Below, piece by piece: positions 10,137 through 19,505 of a stretch of DNA of 64,000 nucleotides (its first letter is position 1; every line of letters begins with the position of its first letter). The notes beneath the pieces are model-generated. The model was not told where the DNA came from. It was given only the letters and a program-made list of their open reading frames with translations, and ran no database searches. The DNA lies in NCBI GenBank assembly GCA_965140585.1, contig OZ223269.1, positions 800,001-864,000 of the forward strand, given 5' to 3'. The position numbers and the translations under genes were made by a program. This DNA is from Spirochaetia bacterium. Lineage in GTDB: Bacteria; Spirochaetota; Spirochaetia; UBA9216.

Positions 10137-11360
10137 ATGAAATTTAATCTTAAAAATTATTATTCAAGCAGCAGGATAAAGAGTTTTCTTATATCCATGC
10201 TGCTTTTTGGTATTGTAATAGGTTTATATAACGGGGCCTTCAATAATTATCTCTATGAAGTGCTTAGCCTTACAAAGGCTGAACGAGGCTGGCTTGAGCT
10301 TCCAAGAGAACTGCCCGGTTTATTTCTTGTTGCAGTTCTTGCAGTGCTCTACCGTTTTTCAGAGATTAAGCTGATTCGTGCCGCATTCTTTTTAACCGGT
10401 GCTGCTCTTCTTATTTTATTTCTTTTTGGTAATAACAGAATTGTTGCTGTAATCCTGATGATGGTTTACAGTACCGGAGAACATATTATGATGCCTGTCA
10501 GGCAGTCCGTAGGCCTGCATTTTGCCAGGGAGGGTAAAGACGGTGTTGCAATGGGCATACTCAGGGGGTTCGGAAATGCCGGTCAGGCTGTCGGATACTA
10601 TCTCGGACCGCTTATAATGCTTGCAGTTGTATTTTTTACAAAATCAGATGATCCATTTACTAAATATCGAACTGTTTTTCTTGTAGCTTTTCTTATTCTT
10701 GCTGTTGGATTGGTATTATCTTTCAGGCTTAAAAAATCAGAAAGCAAGGTAAACCGAAAAAAAATATACATAAGAAAAAAGTATACAAAATATTATCTGC
10801 TGGAAGTTTTTTTCGGGGCAAGAAAGCAGGTTTTTCTTACATTTGCACCATATGTATTGATTACAGTGTATGGAGCCGGTGCTGAACTAATTTCAGTATT
10901 ATACGGACTATGGTCAATAATAAATATATTTATCGGGCCGGTTATCGGCAGACTTATAGACAGAGTCGGGTATAAAAAGGTTTTAATTGCCGATTCAATA
11001 GTACTTATTTTTGTATGTCTGATCTACGGTTTTGCACATAGACTCCTGCCGTTTAATACTGCCTATGTAGTAATCTGTATAGTGTTTGTTCTCGACGCAG
11101 TAATGTTTGCTTTCGGGATGGCCAGAGATATGTATGCGCGCAGTCTGTCAGAGACAAAGGATGAAGTTACCTCCACCCTGGCAACAGGGTTATCAGTTAA
11201 CCACCTGATTGGGATATTCATTGCTATTGGCGGAGGAATATTGTGGGAGTCTCTTGGTATAGAATTCCTTTTCAGTCTCGCTGCTTTACTCGGACTATTT
11301 TCACTTTTATTCTCAGCTTTGCTGGAAAAACCTGAAAAAATGATGAATCGGCTTGTATAG
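10137..11360 (+). CDS. MFS transporter, substrate unknown
   Basis: About 12 hydrophobic segments; MFS motif A GRLIDRVGYKK. Confidence 0.85.
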   Translation: MKFNLKNYYSSSRIKSFLISMLLFGIVIGLYNGAFNNYLYEVLSLTKAERGWLELPRELPGLFLVAVLAVLYRFSEIKLIRAAFFLTGAALLILFLFGNNRIVAVILMMVYSTGEHIMMPVRQSVGLHFAREGKDGVAMGILRGFGNAGQAVGYYLGPLIMLAVVFFTKSDDPFTKYRTVFLVAFLILAVGLVLSFRLKKSESKVNRKKIYIRKKYTKYYLLEVFFGARKQVFLTFAPYVLITVYGAGAELISVLYGLWSIINIFIGPVIGRLIDRVGYKKVLIADSIVLIFVCLIYGFAHRLLPFNTAYVVICIVFVLDAVMFAFGMARDMYARSLSETKDEVTSTLATGLSVNHLIGIFIAIGGGILWESLGIEFLFSLAALLGLFSLLFSALLEKPEKMMNRLV

Positions 11361-11388
11361 TTCAAATAACCTGATAGGCTGAAATATT

Positions 11389-12243
11389 TTATACAAGAAG
11401 CCTTTCAGCTGATTCAGGTTTTTCAGAATCAATTATTACTAGAGTCAGAAGTTCGCCTTCGGACGCTCCGTTTATGCTTACAGTTAAATCAAACTGTTCT
11501 TTCCACACACCGCTCATCCGTGTAGATTCGTGTATATGACCATGAAGGGTAAGCTTTGGTTGAAAATCTTCTATAAAACGTCGAACCGCGATGCTTCCTA
11601 AATGCTCATCAATAGGGACATAGTCAATCATCTTGCCGTTCAGCTCTCCCAAATCAAGACTGCAGTTATATGGAGGCGTATGAAAAAGAAAAACAGTGTT
11701 ATCAGCATCTAAATTCTGACTTAGCAGGCTTAAATCCTCACTGATTGTCGTCCATTTAATATCATGTTCAGACATCTGAATTGATCGTACTCCGTCTTCA
11801 AGATCAATAGTTCCGGGATCCGAGTATCTGGAAACATCATAACGTTCCCAATCCTTAAGAAAAAAGGGGGAGGGAGGAACAAAGTTATAACCGCAGAAGG
11901 TAAGCTCTCCTGAAATAATAGTTCTGTTATGCAGATAATTCCATAATTCAGAATTTTCTAAAAAGGGTTCAAAAAAAGCAGGATCATCATTTCCCATTAT
12001 AAGCATTACTTCCGGATATTTCTCAGCCATTTCTATTTGTAAATCAGAAAATAGCGGCGTTAAAAACTCTGTTATGAAATTAACTTTATCCTGACTGTAG
12101 ATCTTTTTTAAAGGCAGAGACGGCGGAAGAAGATCTCCTCCCAGCAGAACAAATTCCGGTTTGAACTCTTTTATTTTTTTAGCGAGCTTATGATATTTAT
12201 CATAAGCACCGTGAAGATCTGAGACAAAGAAAAGTTTACTCAT
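11389..12243 (-). CDS. Calcineurin-like metallophosphoesterase
   Basis: SDLHG, GGDL, GNDD, FHTPP, HGHIHE motifs. Confidence 0.88.
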   Translation of the reverse strand: MSKLFFVSDLHGAYDKYHKLAKKIKEFKPEFVLLGGDLLPPSLPLKKIYSQDKVNFITEFLTPLFSDLQIEMAEKYPEVMLIMGNDDPAFFEPFLENSELWNYLHNRTIISGELTFCGYNFVPPSPFFLKDWERYDVSRYSDPGTIDLEDGVRSIQMSEHDIKWTTISEDLSLLSQNLDADNTVFLFHTPPYNCSLDLGELNGKMIDYVPIDEHLGSIAVRRFIEDFQPKLTLHGHIHESTRMSGVWKEQFDLTVSINGASEGELLTLVIIDSEKPESAERLLV

Positions 12244-12628
12244 CTATACTACCTTTCATTGGAAGCTTATGTGCGCCGTCACTGACTGCATCAATCTTGA
12301 TTGCAAAACTGTCACGTTTTTCTACATCGCTGTCAGTGATATAATGAATGTCCAGAAGACCTCCGGTTTTAATTCCGGTTCGAAGATAGTTCATATAATC
12401 CAAAGCATGACTCCAGGTATTCAAATAAAGCTTAAGTTTACTGCTTACCTGTTCGCCTGCAATATGAATAATTAGATCAATATCGCTTGCAGGGCCGCTG
12501 TCGGCATTCTTGGCACTGCCGAAAATATAAAAACCTTTAACATTAAAGTCCTGAATTATTCCGGCAGCAATTTCTTCAGCTGCTTCGTAGCGCCATTTCC
12601 AGTGATTTTCTGACTCAAAAAAAGACAT
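12236..12628 (-). CDS. Stand-alone Pol-beta-superfamily nucleotidyltransferase domain protein
   Basis: FYIFGS...GPASDIDLII (GS + DxD) plus a third Asp in LLDIH. Confidence 0.8.
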   Translation of the reverse strand: MSFFESENHWKWRYEAAEEIAAGIIQDFNVKGFYIFGSAKNADSGPASDIDLIIHIAGEQVSSKLKLYLNTWSHALDYMNYLRTGIKTGGLLDIHYITDSDVEKRDSFAIKIDAVSDGAHKLPMKGSIDE

Positions 12629-12631
12629 GAA

Positions 12632-13597
12632 CTAAATATGAATATTTATGGTATTAATATCAATACCGCAGCCAGAACATTTGTCATCTGAGATACCGGG
12701 TAAAAACGTACTGTATCCGGAACGCTTAATAAGGATATTGCCGCATGAGGGACAGAGTGTATCCTGCCGTCCTCCGTATATATTTCCGGTATAAACAAAA
12801 TCAAGTTTGGTTGATGCTGCCGCTGCAAGCTGCATCAGCTTTCGGGGTTCAGTCGGTTTAATATTATATTTGTAAGAGGGGTAATAGGCTGATAAATGAT
12901 AAGGAATACCGGGGCTGATTGATGAGAGAAAATCTGCACACTGCATAATTTCTTTTTCAGAATCGTTTTTATCCGGAATAACAAGAGTTGTAACCTCTAC
13001 ATGAGATTTTGATGCTGCATTTTGTATGAAATTTAATACAGGTTCAAGCTTTCCTTTCAGTTCCTGTTTGTAGAAAGCATCATTAAAAGCTTTGAGGTCA
13101 ATATTAAGCGCGTCAGTATATTTTAGTAGCTTATCGGCAGGTGTTTCATTTATAAAACCGTTAGTGACAAGTATATTTTTTAAACCTCGGCGTTCAGCCA
13201 GTATCATACAATCAAGTAGATATTCAAAATGAATTAAGGGTTCACTGTAGGTGTAGGCAATTCCGAAACTTCCGCTTTTATCTGCTTTACTGATAAGTTC
13301 TTCAGGCTTATAAAAACTGCCGTAAGAAATACGGGGTTTAAAATCCTTTGAAATAGAATGATTCTGGCAGAAGGGGCATGAAAGACTGCATCCGAAGAAC
13401 CCTATGGAAAACACATTCTGTGAAGGATGGTAGTGATATAGAGGTTTCTTTTCAACAGGATCTATAGCTTCGGCCGAAATAAGTCCGTAAAAGGGAAGAT
13501 CTATTTCATTATTTTTTAATTTTCTTGTTCCGCAAATACCGAATTTATTTTCTTCTAAAAGACAGTTATGCGGACATATGCCGCAGCTGGTACTCAT
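12632..13597 (-). CDS. amrS: AmmeMemoRadiSam-type radical SAM enzyme
   Basis: N-terminal CxxCPHxC, DPVEKKPLYHYHP, CxxxCxxC (CSLSCPFC), YTYSEP, VTNG, NIDLK, C-terminal CPSCG/CSGCG. Confidence 0.88.
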   Translation of the reverse strand: MSTSCGICPHNCLLEENKFGICGTRKLKNNEIDLPFYGLISAEAIDPVEKKPLYHYHPSQNVFSIGFFGCSLSCPFCQNHSISKDFKPRISYGSFYKPEELISKADKSGSFGIAYTYSEPLIHFEYLLDCMILAERRGLKNILVTNGFINETPADKLLKYTDALNIDLKAFNDAFYKQELKGKLEPVLNFIQNAASKSHVEVTTLVIPDKNDSEKEIMQCADFLSSISPGIPYHLSAYYPSYKYNIKPTEPRKLMQLAAAASTKLDFVYTGNIYGGRQDTLCPSCGNILIKRSGYSTFLPGISDDKCSGCGIDINTINIHI

Positions 13598-14331
13598 TCT
13601 GAATCTTTGGTGAGTGCAAGGTTCTTATAAGCAAGATTATCAAGAAAGTCAATAAAACAGTCCCTGTCGGCTTCATCAAAAGATGAGAATCTGAAACTGA
13701 TAGTTTTATTGTTTCTTATAACCCTTACGCCAACAGAGCACACAAATTCACCGAATCGCAGTGAACATGCCGGCATATCAGTTCCTTCCTTTATGTCTGC
13801 ACAGAGCTGGGGACTGTCAGGGCTGAATTTCAGACCGTCAAATGATAAATCGATAACCTGTCCGGTCAAGAGGGAATAGTTCTCTGGATGATTAAAAAGG
13901 AATTCTACGTCTTCAAATTTTGTGGTACTGAATCGTCTGGGACCTCTTAAATCATTGTGAATTATGTATCTAGCAAGGATATTCTCAAGCTGAACCATTT
14001 CTTCCCGGTTTTCAAATGACTCGGAAATTACGGCATTTACACCAAGGCTGCCGGCTTTCATTGCCTCTTCTTCATCAAATGATTCACCCTTAAGAATCAC
14101 AAAAACGGACTTTTCTCTTTCAAAAAGCTGCCTTAAGACCTGGAGGAAGGGTTTCCAGTGCCTTGGAAAGTCTTCTGAGTTGAAAAGAACCGCATCGGGT
14201 GAGATTTCTGTAAGATTATCCATCGCCTTGAGCGGATTATTATAAAATATCAGGTCATATCCAAGTTTTTCAAAATGACCAATGAATTTATTACGTGTCT
14301 CTTCTTTATCGGTTACGAGAAGCAGTTTCAT
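13594..14331 (-). CDS. Degenerate receiver domain plus PilZ domain protein
   Basis: REC-like N-terminus (KLLLVTD...PDAVLFN, no phospho-Asp); PilZ RxxxR (RGPRR) and DxSxxG (DLSFDG). Confidence 0.75.
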   Translation of the reverse strand: MKLLLVTDKEETRNKFIGHFEKLGYDLIFYNNPLKAMDNLTEISPDAVLFNSEDFPRHWKPFLQVLRQLFEREKSVFVILKGESFDEEEAMKAGSLGVNAVISESFENREEMVQLENILARYIIHNDLRGPRRFSTTKFEDVEFLFNHPENYSLLTGQVIDLSFDGLKFSPDSPQLCADIKEGTDMPACSLRFGEFVCSVGVRVIRNNKTISFRFSSFDEADRDCFIDFLDNLAYKNLALTKDSE

Positions 14332-15269
14332 TCAGTACCCATATTCCTAACGTCGTAATCATAAATATACCATATGCCGTTATCACGGTGAAGATAATAA
14401 TTATACTCTTTGATTTCAGTAAAATCGGCAAATTTAAATTTCTCAGTGACCTTCACTTCAGCTTCAAAATCTGTGTATGAAGTTCTCATTATCTTGTATT
14501 CCCAGGGAATCATTACAATATCAGTATCAACAATTTCCTGTTTAAGAAGATCCCTGTACCGGTCAATCTCAAGTATACGATCTTTCTGAGAGAGCCTTCT
14601 GTATCGTTCAGAATTAGTCTGGCTCCGCAGATACAGACCTTCGAGATCTATATATAAAAGGAATTTATTCCACTGGCTTTTCTGTCTTGAACTGAGCATG
14701 TATTCAACAACTTCATCAGGCGGCAAGGGGGAAGCTTTTATAATTTCACCTGTTTCGTAATCAATCATATCCTGAATTGTTGCAGATGCGGCAGCAGGCC
14801 TCAGGTTGAGAGTAAGATTGTTTGAAACCATGTATTGTGATTTTGGACTGGAATACAGATCAGGATAAAACCTTGTATTAACAATATATACACCAGCCTC
14901 ATTCATTTCGGCGAAGTAGGAAAGGTCTTCAACAACAGAATAGCTTTCACCGGGTTCAAGGCTTACTTCACGGAAGAAAACCTGTTGATTAGTGTTTCTA
15001 TCCGTGATAAATTCTGCTGAATGATTAAGTGCCTTGTTGGTAAGCGTCCTGACATCAAATTCAAAATTAAAACATCGCAATTCTGATGATTTAAATCTGA
15101 AAGTATCCGGGCTGTTGTTGACGATTTCGATCTTTATCATTACTGAACTGTCAGTATAGTATATTTTCTTGTCGTAATATCTTATGTTTAATTCTACCTG
15201 CTGTGAAAACACAGGGACAATAACAGAGAATAACAGGATTAATGCAACTGGAAAGATTGTTTTTTTCAA
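14328..15269 (-). CDS. Secreted/periplasmic hypothetical protein
   Basis: TTG start with SD GGAG; signal peptide MKKTIFPVALILLFSVIVPVFS; beta-rich N-terminal domain and NTF2-like-looking C-terminus. Confidence 0.75.
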   Translation of the reverse strand: MKKTIFPVALILLFSVIVPVFSQQVELNIRYYDKKIYYTDSSVMIKIEIVNNSPDTFRFKSSELRCFNFEFDVRTLTNKALNHSAEFITDRNTNQQVFFREVSLEPGESYSVVEDLSYFAEMNEAGVYIVNTRFYPDLYSSPKSQYMVSNNLTLNLRPAAASATIQDMIDYETGEIIKASPLPPDEVVEYMLSSRQKSQWNKFLLYIDLEGLYLRSQTNSERYRRLSQKDRILEIDRYRDLLKQEIVDTDIVMIPWEYKIMRTSYTDFEAEVKVTEKFKFADFTEIKEYNYYLHRDNGIWYIYDYDVRNMGTE

Positions 15270-15311
15270 TTTTTCAACTCCAAACAGATCTTAATCTAAT
15301 TTTCGGTATAA

Positions 15312-18300
15312 TTGATGATAAATTTATTCTTAAATACAATAAATGAAAAACTCAAAGATTACAAACCATTTAAGGATTTACTTGAAAATATTCAGGATGA
15401 AAATTATCCGGTAAACCTTGAATGGGCTGACGGTTTTTTTAAAGCTGTTGTTCTTGCTCTTATAGCTAAAATTACCGGCAGGAATATGGTAATAGTGACG
15501 GCTGATGAGCGTGAATGTGAAACCCTTAACCGGGATCTTGAAGTTCTTGGCAGTAATCTTATTACTTTCAGCGGATGGAATAAACGTGTTTACCAGCATG
15601 GTCCTATACCCGTATCTCTTTTTGGTGAGCGAATTGAGATAATGTCTGAAATGCTTGAGGGCAGCAGTAATATTATAGCCGCTTCGGTACGTAATTACCT
15701 GACGCCTCTGCCTCCTCCTGAATATATCAGAAATCTCGCGATCAACATTAAAAGCGGAGATACTATAGATACCGTTGAGCTTGAAAAAAAGCTTGTTAGC
15801 TATGGTTATTTAAGAGTACCCAGAGTCAGCATGCATGGTGAATTTGCCCTAAGAGGTGAGGTTCTCGATATTTTTATTGCAGGAAATGAAAATCCGGTTC
15901 GTATCGTATTTGAATTCAATGAAATAGAGGATATTAAATCATTCGATGTCCTCACACAAAAATCACTGGCTAAACTCATTAAACTCAGGATAATTCCGGT
16001 TAAAGAAATTGTCTGGACAGATGAACGAATACTCGGGCTGAAAGCAAGATTTTTAAACCGTGAATATGGAAATATTGAAAGCCTCGACGGTCTCTTTGAA
16101 ATACTCGAACAGAACCGGACGATAGATTACGAAGAACTGCTCTTCCCTCTGAGTTTTGAATATCAGGCCCGGCTTTCAGATTTTAATCCGCCTGACGGAA
16201 TAACAGTTTTTTCTGGTGAAGAAAACCTCGGCAGGGTTTATACACAGCTGAGAAAGGAATACAACAAGCTGTATGCTGAAACCAGAAATGTGGAAGAACA
16301 GCAGGATGCTGCATTTTATCCTCATCCCTCTGAACTGCTGCTGGATTATGATGAAATAATCGAAAAAACCGAAAAAAAGGTTATCTTTTCAAATATCCGT
16401 GATCCTGAAAAGAAAGATAAGCGTATTGACCTTGAATATACTGGACCAAGGGCTTTCTTTGGAAATATTTCTTATTTTCGTGAAGAACTTAAATCACTTT
16501 CTGCCGCGGGTTATTCAGTATTTATCTTTGCTGAATCAGAATCCCAGGCGGAAAGAATCAGATATCTGCTTAAAGAGCAGAACGTTGAAGTTATTGCGTC
16601 CGGTATAAGTGCCGGATTTTCCATACCCGAACTAAAGATCATTACTATAGCAGAAAGCGAAATATTCGGCAGGCGGAAAAAACTGCCTTCTTCGATTAAA
16701 AAGGCCAAAAGCGAAGCAATTGATTCTTTTGTTGATCTTAATACCGGTGACTTTGTTGTACACGTGAACTACGGCATCGGCCTTTTTAAAGGAATACAGC
16801 GCGTAAGCACTAAAAAGACCGAAAGAGATTATATTAAAATTGAATATGCTGATGCCGAAACTGTTTTTATTCCGATTGAGCAGGTTAACCTCATACAAAA
16901 GTATATCGGAAATGAGGGCAGAGATCCTTCACTTGACAGAATAGGCGGCAAGGCCTGGGAAAACCGGAAAAACAAGGTTAAGAAATCTGTTGAAGATCTT
17001 GCCGACATGCTTATCCAGCTTTATTCTGAACGGAAAGAGGCTGTGGGATATGCCTTTCCTAAAGACACTGACTGGCAGATAGAATTTGAGGCAGCATTTC
17101 CCTATCAGGAAACTGCCGATCAGTTGAGCTGCATAGATGACATCAAGGTTGATATGGAAAGTCCTGCACCGATGGACAGACTTGTCTGCGGTGATGTCGG
17201 CTACGGTAAAACCGAGGTCGCAATGAGGGCGGCGATGAAGGCTGTTATAGGAGGAAAGCAGGTTGCTTTCCTTGCTCCGACAACAATACTTGCAGAACAG
17301 CATTATGAGAACTTCGTTGAACGCTTTGAGAGATTCCCGGTTGAAATTGACATGGTATCAAGATTTGTTCCTCCAAAAAAACAGCGGGAAGTGCTTAAAA
17401 GGCTAGCGGATGGAGAAATCGATATTCTGATAGGTACTCACAGAATACTTCAAAAGGATGTTAAATATAAAAATATCGGTCTGTTGATAATAGATGAAGA
17501 GCAACGTTTCGGGGTCAAGGATAAGGAAAAATTAAAGCAGCTTAAAACCAACATTGATTCACTGGCCTTATCCGCCACACCAATTCCCAGAACCCTTCAT
17601 ATGTCATTGCTTAAAATACGTGATATGTCTCTGCTTACAACAGCGCCTCATAACCGTCGTCCAATCGAAACATTTATCCGTGAGTTTGATGATGAAGTCA
17701 TTGCCGCTGCAATCAGGAAAGAAACCGACCGCGGAGGACAAGTTTTCTACCTGCATAACAGAGTCGAAACCCTGGAACAGGTCCAGATGTTTTTAAGCCG
17801 TGTTGTTCCGGAAGTCATGGTCGAAACAGCACATGGTCAGATGTCAAGCAGTGAGCTAGAAGACGTGATGCACCGTTTTATTCACGGCGCTTTCCATGTT
17901 CTAATAGCAACGACTATTATAGAAAACGGTATAGACATACCAAATGTAAATACAATAATTATCGACAGAGCAGACAACTATGGAATATCACAGTTGTATC
18001 AGCTGAGAGGGCGTGTAGGGCGTTCAAACAAGACTTCCTATGCATATCTGCTTTATCCAGATCAGAGAGCTCTGTCGGAAATAGCGATGAAGAGACTTCA
18101 GGTAATTTCAGATTTAACAGAACTTGGTTCAGGTTTCAAAATAGCCATGAAAGATATGGAAATTCGCGGTGCCGGAAATCTTCTGGGCAGGCAGCAGAGC
18201 GGAGATATCATGTCGGTCGGTTTCGATATGTATATGAAGATTCTGGATGAAGCGGTATCTGAAAGATCCGATGTATCTGCCGAACCAAAGGCGCCTGAAG

Positions 18301-18734
18301 TATTTCTTGAGCTCGACTATTCAGGTTTTATTCCGGACAGCTACATATCTGAATCAGTTGAAAAGATGGAAGTTTATAAAAAAATTGCTTCGGTACAGAC
18401 AGATGAAGAGCTTGCCGGTGTACAGCAGGAACTTGAAGACCGGTTCGGGCCGCTTCCCGAAGAAGTACTTAACCTTCTTGCTATTGCAGATATCAAAGCG
18501 ATGTCCAAAAAACTGCATATTTCAGCTATCAGGGAAAGGTCCGGCCAGATTCGGGTTGAATTCGCATATGTACGTGTTATTAATCCCGATAAGGTTGCCC
18601 GTCTTATTGTAGAGAGCGGCGGAAAAGTAACCATAAACCATAAAAAGATGAATGAACTGATAATAAAAACAGAATCTATAAATCTTTCAGAAAAGGCCGA
18701 GTTCATTAGAGAACGGCTTTCCATACTTATGTGA
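15312..18734 (+). CDS. mfd: Transcription-repair coupling factor
   Basis: UvrB-like N-terminus (GEFALRGEVLDIF), RID domain (GDFVVHVNYGIG), CGDVGYGKTEVA, DEEQRFG, SATPIPRTL, QLRGRVGRS, TRG motif. Start may be 15315. Confidence 0.97.
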   Translation: MMINLFLNTINEKLKDYKPFKDLLENIQDENYPVNLEWADGFFKAVVLALIAKITGRNMVIVTADERECETLNRDLEVLGSNLITFSGWNKRVYQHGPIPVSLFGERIEIMSEMLEGSSNIIAASVRNYLTPLPPPEYIRNLAINIKSGDTIDTVELEKKLVSYGYLRVPRVSMHGEFALRGEVLDIFIAGNENPVRIVFEFNEIEDIKSFDVLTQKSLAKLIKLRIIPVKEIVWTDERILGLKARFLNREYGNIESLDGLFEILEQNRTIDYEELLFPLSFEYQARLSDFNPPDGITVFSGEENLGRVYTQLRKEYNKLYAETRNVEEQQDAAFYPHPSELLLDYDEIIEKTEKKVIFSNIRDPEKKDKRIDLEYTGPRAFFGNISYFREELKSLSAAGYSVFIFAESESQAERIRYLLKEQNVEVIASGISAGFSIPELKIITIAESEIFGRRKKLPSSIKKAKSEAIDSFVDLNTGDFVVHVNYGIGLFKGIQRVSTKKTERDYIKIEYADAETVFIPIEQVNLIQKYIGNEGRDPSLDRIGGKAWENRKNKVKKSVEDLADMLIQLYSERKEAVGYAFPKDTDWQIEFEAAFPYQETADQLSCIDDIKVDMESPAPMDRLVCGDVGYGKTEVAMRAAMKAVIGGKQVAFLAPTTILAEQHYENFVERFERFPVEIDMVSRFVPPKKQREVLKRLADGEIDILIGTHRILQKDVKYKNIGLLIIDEEQRFGVKDKEKLKQLKTNIDSLALSATPIPRTLHMSLLKIRDMSLLTTAPHNRRPIETFIREFDDEVIAAAIRKETDRGGQVFYLHNRVETLEQVQMFLSRVVPEVMVETAHGQMSSSELEDVMHRFIHGAFHVLIATTIIENGIDIPNVNTIIIDRADNYGISQLYQLRGRVGRSNKTSYAYLLYPDQRALSEIAMKRLQVISDLTELGSGFKIAMKDMEIRGAGNLLGRQQSGDIMSVGFDMYMKILDEAVSERSDVSAEPKAPEVFLELDYSGFIPDSYISESVEKMEVYKKIASVQTDEELAGVQQELEDRFGPLPEEVLNLLAIADIKAMSKKLHISAIRERSGQIRVEFAYVRVINPDKVARLIVESGGKVTINHKKMNELIIKTESINLSEKAEFIRERLSILM

Positions 18735-18747
18735 ACGGAAGTGTGAA

Positions 18748-19419
18748 TTGGATACACAAAGACGAAATATAAAAAGCTATGTTATACGTGCCGGGAGAAT
18801 GAGTCCCCTGCAGCGGGAAGCTTATGAAAAACATTATAAGAAATACAGCATTGAATTCGGTGCCGAACTAAATATAAACCGGATATTCGGAGATCCTGAA
18901 TCGCTCTGTATTGAGATTGGTTTTGGAATGGGAACCGCTACCGCTGAAATCGCTGAAAAAAATCCCGATAAGGCTTATCTGGGTATTGAAGTTCACACAC
19001 CGGGAGTTGGAAAGCTGCTTTCAGAAATTGAAAACCGGGGGCTGGAAAACCTTAGAATCATCAAATACGACGCAGTTCAGGTTCTTAAAACAATGTTCAG
19101 CGAAGAATCTGTAGGTGGGTTTCATATATTTTTTCCGGACCCCTGGCCTAAGAAAAAGCATAATAAAAGACGCCTTATAAACGATGATTTTACAAAATTG
19201 CTTGTATCAAGACTTAAAAAAGGCGGTTATATTTATACTGCTACCGACTGGGAAGATTATGCCGAGCAAATGTTTGAAGTTTTTGAAAGAAATCCCGAAC
19301 TCGAAAATTCATTCGAAAAATGGGCCGAGAACATAAGCTGGCGTCCGGAAACCGGATTTGAAAGAAAGGGCCTTAATAAGAATCATTTGATAAAAGAATT
19401 ATACTATATACGTGTTTAG
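18748..19419 (+). CDS. trmB: tRNA (guanine-N7)-methyltransferase
   Basis: EIGFGMG, GIEVH, FFPDPWPKKKHNKRRL, ATDWEDY, TGFERKG. Confidence 0.96.
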   Translation: MDTQRRNIKSYVIRAGRMSPLQREAYEKHYKKYSIEFGAELNINRIFGDPESLCIEIGFGMGTATAEIAEKNPDKAYLGIEVHTPGVGKLLSEIENRGLENLRIIKYDAVQVLKTMFSEESVGGFHIFFPDPWPKKKHNKRRLINDDFTKLLVSRLKKGGYIYTATDWEDYAEQMFEVFERNPELENSFEKWAENISWRPETGFERKGLNKNHLIKELYYIRV

Positions 19420-19505
19420 TTAAAAATGCATTTTTAGCTTGATTATATTAGTAAAAACATATTAATATTATACGATTCCGCACATCACATAGAAGAGGTA
19501 ACGCA

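Noticed and set aside
12236-12628. MNT-HEPN toxin-antitoxin or CBASS cyclase
   Set aside because: No HEPN (RxxxxH) partner or CBASS effector is adjacent, and the protein is too short for a CD-NTase.
15307-15312. TATAAT as the mfd -10 box
   Set aside because: It overlaps the TTG/ATG start region, so transcription would begin downstream of the start codon; no convincing -35.
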